Assembly: GCA_043228905.1 (NCBI GenBank)
Contig: JBHGNT010000022.1
Coordinates: 5,890,001-5,954,000 of the forward strand
Reading direction: 5' to 3'
From: Azolla caroliniana
Lineage: Eukaryota; Plantae; Polypodiophyta
Length of the DNA stretch: 64,000 nucleotides
Under the pieces are notes generated by a model. It had not been told where the DNA came from, made no database searches, and saw only the letters and a list, made by a program, of their open reading frames with translations. The translations under genes and the position numbers were made by a program. Shown piece by piece: positions 41,831 through 54,036 of the stretch; the stretch's first letter is position 1; every line of letters starts with the position of its first letter.

Positions 41831-44393
41831 AGTAGCGGACTCTGGTGCATCATTCCACCTAACTCCCAAAAGAGAATGTTTCTCATCTTACACAACCGGT
41901 GACAATGCCTACGTAAGGATGGGAAATGACGGTGAATGCAAGATTGTGGGCCTCGAAAATGTGTGTTTGCTATCTATTGGTTGCAGGTTAATGTTGAAGG
42001 ATGTATGCCATGTTCCAGATGTCAGATTGAATCTAATATCAGCTTGAGGGCGAGACGATGAAGGCTATAGTGGTGGTTTTCGGAATGGTACATGGATGTT
42101 CTATAAAGGGAGCCTGATTGTGGCGCGAGCTTAAAAACATAACACACTGTATGTAATGCATGCAAAATTGTGCTGAGATGAAGCAAATGTAGTGGGTGAC
42201 TCAGATGGTGAGTTGTGGCATAAAAGGCTCGGGCACATGAGCAAAAGGGGAATGCATATCCTTGCTAAAAAGGATTTTCTACTAGAGGTGAAAGGAATAC
42301 ACCTTGAAAAGTGTGTGGACTGCTTGGTTGGAAAGTAGAATAGAACAACCTTTCACTCTAGGCCTCCGATGAGAAGAGAGCATGCCTTAGAACTGGTTCA
42401 CATTGATGTGTGTTATGTGGATGCCCCATCACACCGTGGCGGACAATACTTCATCACATTTATTGATGACTTCAACAGAAAGTTGTGGGCTTTTGTGTTG
42501 GTGTCTAAAGACCAAGTGTTGTCGGTGTTTAAAGAGTTTCATGCATGGGCAGAAAGAAAATCTGGACAGAAGTTGAAAGCTGTCCGAACAGATAATGGTG
42601 GTGAGTATAGAGGCCAATTTGAGATGTATTGCAAGACTCAAGGCATCAAACTTGAGTATAAGGTGCCGAAGACACCCAAGCTGAATGGTCTAGTAGAGAG
42701 AATGAATTGGACCATAGTGGAAAGGGTAAGAAGCGTGTTGTCTCATGCAAAATTGCCAAAGTCGTATTGGGCTGAGGCAATGTTGATGGTTGTCTACCTT
42801 ATAAACAAGTCTCCAACAGTCCCTCTGAAGGGGGATGTCCCACAGAGGGTGTGGATAGGAAGGAGTGTGTCCTATCAACATTTAAGGATGTTCGGATGCT
42901 TGACATATGTGCATGTTGCTAAAGACCAGAGGTCAAAGTTGGACAACAAGTTCAAGCCTTGCATATTCTTGGGGTACTCGGAAGATGAGTTCGGGTACAG
43001 GATGTGGGATCTCCTTGATAAGAAGGTGATAAGAAGTCGTGATGTTATATTCATGGAAGAAAAGATAATTGAAGACTGGAGACAGCAAAGACCAGAGTCG
43101 TCTTCCCAATCGACCACTGTTATGGAGTCGGCACTAGTCGATCCCACTTCCACCCAACCAGTCGGCAGAAAACAGTCGGGTGATGAAGCCGAATCTGAGT
43201 TGGTCGACACACAACAACAAACTTATGCACACGAATCTGAGTCGGAAGATGAGTTGGCAGAAGAAACCAAATCTGAGTTGGTTGTTGAAGGAAGAAGATA
43301 TCCACGAAGACAAAGGAATACCTCCTCTTGGTATCCAACCAGTCAATATATTCTCTTGATTGATGAAGGGGAACTAGAATGCTATGAAGAGGCCATGATT
43401 GATGTACAGAAGGAGAAATGTTATAATGCCATGCAAGAGGAAATGGATTCCTTGCATGAGAACCACACCTATGAGCTGATGGAGCTGCTTGATGGAAAGA
43501 AGGCACTTAGAAACAAATGGGTCTACAAACTAAAGACTGGAGAAGATGAAAGTACACCTAGGTATAAGGCCCATATTGTAGTGAAAGGTTTCCAATAGAA
43601 AAAGGGTGTTGATTTTGATGAGAGTTTTGCTCCAATAGTGAGGATAACCTCCATCCGGACGGTTTTGAGTATGGCTGCTAGTATGAATCTGGAAATTGAA
43701 CAGTTGGATGTTAAAACAATATTCTTGCATGGTGAGTTGGAAATGGAAATCTATATTCAGCAATCGGAGGTCTTTAAAGTGAAAGGAAAAGAAAATCTTG
43801 TATGTAGGTTGAGGAAGAGATTGTATGGACTAAAACAAGCTCCACGACAATGGTATAAGAAGTTTGAGTCCCTCATGTTAGAACATGGATTCCACAAACA
43901 CAAACTGATCATTGTGTATTTGTGAAGAGGTATGATGAAGGTGATTTTCGGATTCTTTTGTTGTATGTAGATGATATGTTGGTTGTTGGACAAAATGTAA
44001 AGAAGATTGGAAGCTTGAAGAAAGCTTTGAGCAAATCTTTTGCCATGAAAGACTTAGGACCGGCAAAACAGATTTTGGGAATACATATAGTCCGGAATAG
44101 GACAAAAACATGCTATGGCTGTCACAAGAGAAATATGTGACGAAAGTTTTGCAAAAGTTTAACATGTTTAATCCAAAATCTGTTGGATCTCCATTGCCGG
44201 TGAATTGTAAGCTAAATTCAAGACAATGTCTGAAAACTGAGAAAGATAAGACAGAGATGAGGAGGGTGCTATATGCCTCGGCTGTCGGGAGCCTAATGTA
44301 TGCTATGGTCTGCATGAGGCCGGACATTGCATTTGTTGTTGGGATAGTTCGTTGCCACATGAGTAATCCTGGAAAGGAGCATCGGGCTGCCAT

Positions 44394-45502
44394 TATCGTA
44401 GTGTAATTCGCACACTATGAGAAAATTGCATTCTTGGTCCCTCCAGATGGGACATGGAGACCCGGCAAGAACCGGATGAAGAGTACCCGGTGAGAACCAA
44501 TTGAAGCAGACTGGCAAGAGCCGGATGAAGAAGGCCGGTGAGAGTCGGTGAGAAATGGACGAAGATGACCCGATAAGGAGGACCCGATAAGAACCAGATA
44601 AAGAAGATCCAGTGAGAACCGGATGAAGCAGACCTAGCAAGAACCGGATGAAGAGTACCCGGTGAGAACCAGACGAAGCAGACTGGCAAGAGCTGGATGA
44701 AGAAGGCCGGTGAGAGTCGGTGAGAAATGGAAGAAGAGGACCCGGTAAGAACCGGATAAAGAAGACGCGGTGAGAACCGGATGAAGCAGACCCGACAAGA
44801 GCCGGATGAAGAAGGCCGGTGAGAGGCTCTCACCGGATGAAGAGACATATTTGTAAATAGGAGAGAATATTGAAAATATTGTTACATGCATAAGGCAGGA
44901 TTCGAACCCTGTACCTCCATGTAAATAAACCCAAACTTTACTATTGTAATAACTCATCATAAGTGATATATGACTTATATTTACACCTACTTTTACAAAA
45001 GGGAAAATCATGCACTTTTAGAGTGGGTGAAAACTTTATCTAGAAGAAACATGCAAACAAAAGAAATGTTATTCATGCATATCTAGTGTGCATGAATACT
45101 AAATTTAGGAAATAGAAAGCATGGTTGAGAAAGGCAACTCATGCACATCTAGTGTGCAGGAACACTTTAGAAAAAAGCATGATGCTATGCCTACCCTCTT
45201 CCATCACTATATAAGGAAGACAGAAAGATGTATATGGGGTTGATTTTTCTTTTGATAAGGATTGATTAATAAAAATATTCATGGGATTCACGATTTTGCC
45301 ATCTATTTCTCTCTTACATTCGAAGTATCAATTAATACACTATACTCGTGGGATTCACGAGTTTCCTATCTTCCTTCAAATATATCTCTTTCTTACAATC
45401 CATTAATAAGGAGCCTTATCTCATATTATTCTTTCTCCTAGTCCAAAACCCCAACGGTTCCTACCCGACTCACGTAACGATCTGGCGCCGAAAGGCACGA
45501 CA
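44394..45502 (+). mobile_element. Solo LTR of the tRNA-Trp Gypsy lineage (subfamily B) in Copia RT, 4-bp TSD
   Basis: T(G>A)TCGTAGTG...CACGACA ends; flanks ccat / ccgt. Removing it restores the host peptide AAVKWILRYL. Confidence 0.85.
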
Positions 45503-47053
45503 CCGTAAAATGGATACTGAGATACCTCAAAGGTACTTCAAGTGTATGCCTTAGATATGGCTCTAGGAAACCTATGCTCGAAGGTTTCACAAATTTTGAT
45601 ATGTCGGGTGATGTTGATTCCAGCCAATCCACATCAGGGTATGTGATGACTTATTTAGGGGGAGCTGTGTCATGACAATGAAGATTGCAAAAGGCTATGG
45701 CTTTGTCAACCACGAAGGCTGAGTATGTGCATGCAGTGGAAGCCGGAAAATAATTAATTTGGATGAGAGATTTTCTAAGTGAACTAATAATGAAACAAGA
45801 AAAGTTCCTACTTCACGGTGATAATCAAAATGCTATCCATCTTGCCAAGAATGTTGCCTATCACTCTCATACAAACCATATTCAATGAAGTTATCATTGG
45901 TTGCGAGAGAGAGTGGAAGAAAATGAGTTTGTGTTAACGAAGATCCATATTGACGAAAATGGATCAGACATGCTTACTAAATCCTGTCTATGGAAACACT
46001 TGTTGTGTCTCGACGAAGGACTAGTTTGGTTGACTCTCCCCTTACAGGAGTGAAGGGGGAGTTTGTTATGTAAGATTGTCCCTCCTTATGGGGGAGTTGG
46101 CTGAAAAGCCGAAATCCCGAGAAGCCGAAATGAGTCGGCTGGTCGAAATCAGCCCAAAAACCGAAACGAGAGTCGGCTGGCCAAAATCGGTCGAAAAGCC
46201 GAAACGAGAGTCGTGTGGTCAAAATCGGCCGAAAAGCCGAAATGGGATTCAATCGAATGGAAGTTTGAATGAATATATACATATATATATGTGTGAGATA
46301 AGGTAGTATATATAGAGAGAGTTGTATTAGCGGCGTATGTATGTGGGATAACTCACTGAGTGTATAATAGAGAGAGAACTGCGTGAGAGTGAACTCTGTG
46401 TATGAGAGTAAGAGAGAAGGAATGCGAGTGTTAACACAATTGTTGCTGTGAAAGAGAGTGAGCGTGTGACACAGAGAACTATAGTGAGCTAACGCAGTGG
46501 TGGTTGTGAGAGTGTGAGTGATATAGCTCTGCAATTGAGTATCAGAGCAAGCGAAGGAAGAAGAGTGTAATAGAGAAGAAAGAGAAACAGAATAGAGAAG
46601 CTTTGAAAGCTTCGAAGGAGATATGTACCTACGAGTTAGGGTTTGGTGCACTTGGCTGAAACTGTGGTTTCAGATAACAACCTAAGATTACATCCATACC
46701 AAATCAGGTTCTATCATTCTATGATTGTATTCTTTCTTATCTCATAGTGGAAATCTTTGTTCACCGGGGTTTATCCCTGAAATCAGGGTTTTCCACGTAA
46801 ATAATGTGTTGCTGGTTTTTCGTTTGTTTGTGTCTCAGTATATCAGTGGTTTACGTATGAGTGTAAAATCTATTAGTATCAAGGCCAGAAAAGAAATAAC
46901 GTAGTTGATGAGAAGACTCTATAAGACTTAAGACTTTTTGGGGAAAAAATAGATTTTACAAGACCTGCACATCCTACTTGATAAATACCTGCTTAGGGTT
47001 TAGACAAGTTTCACTAAACTCTGCCACTCTCTCTCTCTCGTGCGCTCTCGCGT

Positions 47054-47266
47054 TGTCGCGTTGTTACGCGCGTGCGTGGAGAATGAGGCGGGACCACCGG
47101 GGTCTTGGACTGAGAAATAGTTGAGAAGGAGGAGAACGGAAGGGCAACGGACACACTCGCACACGCACAGACACGGGAGCACACAGGAATCACAGTCCAA
47201 CAACACAGCAAACGAGACGACTAGAAGTCCGAGTATATGAACACGTATGTATATAAATATATATAA

Positions 47267-47308
<42 letters not shown>

Positions 47309-47780
47309 AGACGGTTACAACTAACAGGCCGGCAAGGCGAACACCGACGCCTGTTCACTCACACACAGAAGAGCGAGATGGAGACTCTGCTAGAAACACA
47401 CGGGTGTTCCACGGAGCAGAGTCAGCCTCCCGAAAACCTGCGCAAAAATGGCTATGGAGAGTGGCAGAGCAGAAGGGCTCGGTCCCAATTCGGCAACTCT
47501 TTGTCCTCTCTAACGTGCGATCCCTTTTCCATTCCTCTCCCTCTCTTTTATAGCCCAAGGAGGGAGGCCGTTATCATCCGTTACATCACATTAATTCTCT
47601 ATCCTTTCGGACAGAGCTACACCTCGATTCTCTCCCTATTGAATGCGTGCTACCTAGGATTTCACCTCAGCCGACTTGTACCTACCTACTTACTATACAA
47701 CGAAAAGTGTGCTCGCGTGTAAGGGCCGGTTTACACATGCTAAACTCAGTTTCCGCCTAGGGACGGTTTTCTTCACGACA
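47054..47780 (-). mobile_element. Solo LTR related to the 13925 element (subfamily A)
   Basis: Minus strand begins TGTCGTGAAGAAAACCGTCC, identical to 13925, and ends CGACA. Flanks gcgt / acgt. Confidence 0.85.
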
Positions 47781-47931
47781 ACGTCTCTTCCTACTCTATG
47801 TTTCACTCTCATATGCACTCAATTACAGAAGCTCTACACACATCATCATCATAATGGTTTCCCTAGGTGTATTTATACTCATATATAGTATGGGCTATTT
47901 ACAAATGTAGTAGTTGTTATTATTATATACA

Positions 47932-48490
47932 TGAAAAGAATAACGTCCGGAAGCTTGTAGACACAACCAGTATTGCCGGATAGCAATAGAGAATAGAATG
48001 AAGGTTTGAGGAAGCTTGAATCACATACACAGAGAGTACGGGGGAGAGACAGAGAGAGAGTAGAACAACAAAACTCTATTTTAAAAAATACTCTATAAAG
48101 TCTGTACATGGAATGTGCTCAGACAACACTTTTATGCACGTCCTTAAAAGGATTGATAGAAGTACTAGCAAGTACTTCAATGCTCATAACTGAGCTCTGA
48201 CACTAGCTCCTAAAAATATGCCTATCTATTGGGCTAGGATCATAGGCCTCAAACAGCCTACCGGTTACAGTCAGATCTTGACACTGATCCGGTTCTTGGC
48301 TTATTTAGCCGATTTGGATCATGTTGAGCTTGTCCGCTCAACACTCCCCATCAAGCTCAACTTGAGGTTGAATCATGTTGTCTATCATTGCTGGTCATTG
48401 CTTTCGGCTTCTCTTAGCGTCTTCACACCTCGCTTGCGCTCCTAGACCTGTTTGGTCTCGATTTCCGTGATCTGTTTGGTTCCGCGCACC
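47932..48490 (-). mobile_element. Copia-type 3' LTR (47932-48343) with PPT
   Basis: Reverse-complement similarity to the LTRs at 5247 and 26617; tggggag PPT next to TGTTGAG. Confidence 0.7.
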
Positions 48491-48492
48491 TT

Positions 48493-48912
48493 GCTTGTGG
48501 TGAAGGGTTTCCAATAGAAAAAGTGCTCCGACTTTGACGAAATATTTGCTCGAGTCGTGAAGATGACATCCATTAGAACTATTTTGAGCATAACTGCCAA
48601 TATGGATTTGGAGATCGAACAGTTGGATGTCAAGACAACATTCTTGCACGAGGAGCTGGATGAAGAGATGTACATGCAGCATCCTGAAGGCTTTGTGGAG
48701 AAAGGGAAAGAGAATTTGGTGTGTCGACTGAAGAAAAGCTTGTATGGGTTGAAACAAGCTCCACACCAATGGTACAAGAAATTCGAGTCCTTCATGGTGG
48801 AACATAGGTTCCAGAAAACACACACTGATCATTGTGTGTTTGTCAAAAGGTACGATGAAGATCATTTCTTGATTCTCTTGTTATCTGTAGATGACATGTT
48901 GATAGTCGGTCA
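48493..48912 (+). pseudogene. Copia reverse-transcriptase fragment
   Basis: VVKGFQ*...QLDVKTTFLH...KSLYGLKQAP...LSVDDML. Confidence 0.85.
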
Positions 48913-49962
48913 ATATACAATCCACAAGAAAACGAATATGCTGGAAATACACAACTCTGAAGTTATAGAGAAAACAATGTACATAGATTTAACGAGGAAA
49001 ACCCTAAAGCGGGAGAAAACCACAAAGAACAGAGCTTCACTATACAGTGGATATACAACAACGAGATCAAAGTACAACACTCTCTACACAGAGTGTAAAC
49101 TGCCTCGTAGGGCTCTTGGCGTATGTTGTTTCTAAAACACAGCTATGGCGCCGCTCACTCACTCACGGTCCCACACACTCTCTTCTCTATCGCGCTATAT
49201 TATATACATAGGACAAGATTCAAACCTTGTACCTCCATGCTAATAAGTTGAAGCCTTACCATTATAATAACACATCATTAGTATGAAAAAAGTAGATTTC
49301 CCACATACAATGGTTATTTCACGCATATTTTCTAAGAACGAGATTTAGTTAGAAGAAAACGCATGATAGAAAAAAAAGTCACACATGTACATCTAGCATG
49401 CATGAACACTATAGTTGATAAAAAACGCATGAGGTTAGGAAAAGCATAATGTTTAGAAGAAAGAATAAAGTCTATAGTTAGAAAAAGCATGGATTGCTAA
49501 GCCTCTCCCATCACTATATAAGGATGGGAGTAAATTGTAATTGGGGTGTGGAAATTTTACGTGATAAATTTTGGGTGAAATTTTTTTGGGTATCATTAGG
49601 GTTCTAAATATGGATTTATCTAATAACTATACTCATGGAATTCATGAGATTTCTATATCTCTCTCTATTTGAATTTATTCATATTCTTATCTAAATATTA
49701 ATTAAATTAATACACTATACTCGTGGGATTCATGAGTTTCCTAACTCTCTTTCTTACAATCTATTCACAATCTTATTTGCTTTAAATTCTCCTTCTACTA
49801 TCCCAAAACCTCAGTGGTTCCCATTCGACTCACGCAACGATCCGGCGCTGAAAGCCACAACACATTTGGTGAACCCGACGTGAAGACGGAGATGGAGAAT
49901 CAACCAGAGGCAACAAACATGATGATGATGATGATATTCGAGCGGATGCTACAAGAACGCGC

Positions 49963-50900
49963 TGTCGTGGCTCTCGGCTCCAGATCGTTGCATGAGTCGG
50001 GTGGGAACCACTAAGGTTTTCGACTAGGAGAAAGAAGAATACAATATAAGGCTAATTATGAATTGGTAGAAAGATAGGTAAGTTATGAATCTCGTGAATC
50101 CCACTAGTTTAGTGTATTTAATCAATATTTAGATAGTAAGAGACAATTTTGATCACAAGTTCGTGAATACCACGAATATATTATATTAATTGGTGTTTTA
50201 GGAAATATATCCAATTTCCAAATATTTCACACACCTATTACATTGTGCTCATCCTTACATAGTGATGAGAGAGTCTTAACAATCCATGCTTTTTCTATAG
50301 ATAGACTCTATGCTTTCTCTAACATGCTTTTTCTAAAGTGATCCTACTTTTTCTAACTTGATGCGTTTTTATCGACTATGGTGTTCATGCACGCTACATG
50401 TGCATGCGTAACTTTTTCTTTTGTCATGCGTTTTCTTCTAACTAAAGTTTATCCTAGTGTGAACTTACCTTTCTATGTGGGATGTTTACTTTTTTAACAC
50501 TAATGATATGTTAGTGTAATGGTAAGGTTTTATATTATAAACATGGAGGTGCAAGGTTCGAATCTTGCCCTATGCATGTAATATATATGTTTATACTTTC
50601 TTCTATTTACAAATATGTCTCTTCATCCGGTGAGAGACTCTGACCAGCCTTCTTCATCCGGCTCTTGCCGGGTCTACTTCATCCGGTTCTCACTGGTTTT
50701 CTTTATCCGATTCTTATTGATCTGCTTCATTCGGTTCTCACCGGTTTTCTCTATCCAGTTCTTACCGGGTCCTCTTCATCCGGTTTTCTTTATCCGGTTC
50801 TTACCGAGTCCTCTTCATCTGGTTCTTGCCGGCTCTCCATGTCCTATTCGAAGGGACCAAAAATGCAATTTTCATGTAGTGTGCGAATTACACTACGACA
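49963..50900 (-). mobile_element. Solo LTR, subfamily B, inserted antisense in the gag of its own lineage
   Basis: TGTCGTAGTG...CACGACA on the minus strand; flanks gcgc / acgc. Confidence 0.83.
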
Positions 50901-51131
50901 ACGCGATGTAAGAGATCGCGACGGCAATAAAGCGGCTCGTACAATGAAACAGACAATTCAACAGAAAAGATGTGTCACACTATCTATGTGACTATAAGGC
51001 GGAGATGATGCGATGTGGGATATCGGAAGGATTGCAAGTGATATCTGTTACCGACTATGGTAACATGGCCTACCCTCAATCCTTCAGGGTATGGCTCAAA
51101 GAGATTCTGGTTTAGGGTATAGAGGGTGCAT

Positions 51132-51559
51132 TGTCGTCGTCTTACGAACGACTGTGTGCGTAACGTATAGCGTGGAGACTCTGAAGGTTGGGAAGACGGC
51201 TACAACCAACTTCGTTTGCAATCTCTTATAGAGCGTGAGACTCAACACAGAAATAACTCACACTGATAATTACGCATAAATCTTATACGCAGAATACAAA
51301 GAGAGTTGGAACAAAATAGAACTATATTCATAGCAGTATATTCCCAAAATTCTACACTGACCCTTTACAAGTTTTCCATGCCGTTTATATACAGGATCAT
51401 GGTCGGTTACGCTTGGAGCATGAACTGTTACAAATGTTCATAACGCTCTACTCTTTTCCTACAACTGCTACTCCCCTTATGATTGCTACGGCCCGTAACC
51501 TTCCATGCCTCTTCCCTTTTTTTCGCCTTTTCCCACTTGGCCGACCAAGGCGGCCAACA
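51132..51559 (-). mobile_element. LTR related to the 6024-6525 LTR
   Basis: Reverse complement shares tgttggcc...ccaagtgggaaaaggc and gctccaagcgtaaccgaccatga.cctgtatataaa with 6024-6200. No matching TSD. Confidence 0.75.
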
Positions 51560-54036
51560 ATATCCTTCAATTGGGTAGCCACGGATGAGCTACAAGACAT
51601 TGGAGCGGGTATAGAACAAAATACCATCTCGTCTTGCGAAAGAACGACGGCCAAGCATAAGGCCGATGACTTGAGAGTGGAAAACACCACTTCAAGGGTG
51701 GAAGAAGATTTCGAGATACGATTGTTTGAAACATCGGGTGACAAAGGGGTGAGCATAATCGAAGCTTGCATGATCGAAGAGGGAAAAGACTGTGAGGCCA
51801 ATGGATTTGGAGAGATAGCCATAGATAATGACATCGAGTGAGAGGTGGCTATAGACGAGTCAATGGTGGATGACCGTGTCGAGACTTTCCCACCACTAAT
51901 TCCAGATACTTTGGTGGTTGCATTTGAGAGCCAATGTGAGACGAAGAGATGGAAGGTGGCGGTGAGAAAATGAAGGTCGACACCGACGCATAAAACAAAA
52001 GAAGGCCGAAAAGGTGGTTATGGGCGAAACAACGGAGGAAATACCGTGGATTCTTGCCCACTAATTTTAGAGACTTCGGCGGTTGCATTCGAGAGGCAAC
52101 CTGAGACTAGAGAGACGGCAGGTGGCAGCAAGGAAGGTAAAGCTAGAAGCCGGTCCAGATAGATGACGATAAGGCCGGAATTCCGGACCGAACGAAAGTA
52201 GAACCTAGCGGGAGTAGATTCGACCGAAAGTTGATCAGCCGAGCTTGACCCGGACGGAAGTTGTTCCAGCTGAAAGCAGATCGAATGAGATCGATCTGGA
52301 CAAAAGTTGAGCTAGCCTTGCTGAGGTTGAAGTGGTTGAGCCCGCAACACCTGATCTCCAAGAAATCAAGCCTGGTAAATATGAGGAAGATGCCAAGCAG
52401 GCGCACTACCACAAACAACAAGGGCCAAGCAGATTTGAAGGGTGTTACCGAGGATGAGATCTCAACAAAGTCGGAGGGTTATAACGTGAAGGTCATCATT
52501 TCTAGAGATTGTACTACATCCACTTGAAGGGACTACATGGGGCAATCAATGTCGGTATTCGGATAAAGGCTTGGGGAGGAAGGTGCGAAACAAGAATAAA
52601 TGATGGGACAAAGTGCCTTGACCAAGGAGACAATCGGGACGAAGGTGGCACATGCACGAGACATGAAGGGTTATGCTTAGGAAGAGCACAAGGAGCCATG
52701 AGAACAAGTCATGGCAATGCAAAGAGTGAACGAAGAATATGGTGGATAGGATGGAGACAATGGTTCGGGTGGAAGGAATGGACGTGCTCAAAATGGAGAG
52801 ATAAAGTCGACATAGTGGGAGAAGTGGAGGGTACTACAAGTAAAGGAGAATTACGAGCACCGACAATTTTGGCACATATCGGAGGATGTGCAGGTTAGGA
52901 GGGGGTGAGTGTCGTAGTGTATTTCATACACTATGTGAAAAACGTATGAAGTACCTGACCCAATAAATATGAAGAAATAGAAGAAAATATACATTACATG
53001 CATAGGGCAAGTTTCAAACCTTGTACCTCCATGCTAATAAGTTGAACCCTTACCATTATACTAACACATCATTAGTATGAAAAAAGTAGATTTCCTATAT
53101 ACAACTGTTATTTCACGTATATTTTCTAAGAACGAGATTTAGTTAGAAGAAAACACATGATAGAGAAAAAAAGCCACACATGTACATCTAGCGTGCATGA
53201 ACAATATAGTTGATAAAAAACACATGAGGTTAGGAAAAGTATAATGTTTACAAGAAAGAATAAAGTCTATAATTAGAAAAAAGCATGGATTGCTAAGGCT
53301 CTCCCATCATTATATAAGGATGGGAGTAAAACTTTTACGTGATAAATTTTACGTGATAAATTTTGGGGGTAAAACTCTTGGGTATTAAATATGGATTTAT
53401 CTAATAACTATACTCGTGGGATTCACGAGTTTTCTATATCTCTCTCTATTTGAATCTATTCATATTCTTATCTAAATATTAATTAAATTAATACACTATA
53501 CTCGTGGGATTCACAAGTTTCGTAACTCTCTTTCTTACAATCTATTCACAATCTTATTTGCTTTAAATTCTCCTTCTCCTATTCCAAAACCTCAGTGGTT
53601 CCCACCCAACTCAGGTGACGATCTAGCGCCGAAAGACACGAGACCGTATGGATTAATCGAAAGTATGTATCGATGATTAAGGATGGATCAAGAGAAGTCT
53701 ATGCCACAACCTCCCTCCAGCAAGTGCTAGAAGTAGAAGAGTAGATCCAAACGAACGATGCAATAATAATCAAGACTATGTTTGTTATTATTATTATTTT
53801 TAATGATCTGTATGTGGAGTTACAATAAGTAGGGTACATATGGAGAAAAACGTGATATAAATATGTTACAATATACCCCATGAAAGGGATGCAGGCCCAA
53901 CAAAAGAATCAATGTGAAAAGAAAGAGTAGAAACGTATGGTTGGGTTATAATCAGAAGTTATTTCCAGCAATTTAATATGGAGAAATATGGGCTGGCCGG
54001 AGTACCAATCAATGCTAGTGCTCCTCAGGAGTAGCT

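Larger units (their letters stand above)
35595..46875 (+). mobile_element. Ty1/Copia element with its 5' LTR split by the LINE and several nested insertions
   Basis: 5' LTR pieces (about 35595-35685 and 39872-40446) match the 3' LTR 46064-46875. PBS tgatatcagagc, PPT gaagggggag. Integrase (LVHIDV, VRTDNGGEY), RT (QLDVKTIFLHG, LYVDDML) and RNase H remnants. Confidence 0.88.
49205..53643 (+). mobile_element. Pol-less derivative of the tRNA-Trp Gypsy lineage (subfamily B) with two LTRs and nested LTRs
   Basis: 5' LTR (5'-truncated) 49205-49862, 18-nt Trp PBS 49867-49884, gag start (YLCDYKAEMM aligns with YLASYEAEML), PPT ggagggggtgag, 3' LTR 52910-53643 followed by ccgt. Confidence 0.8.

Noticed and set aside
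50505-50580. A functional tRNA gene
   Set aside because: No acceptor stem or conserved anticodon arm; reported only as a tRNA-like promoter cassette.
51127-51135. gcat|tgtcg junction as another CpG-type insertion of the Trp lineage
   Set aside because: The LTR at 51132-51559 belongs to the 6024 family and has no matching TSD, so it was not counted.
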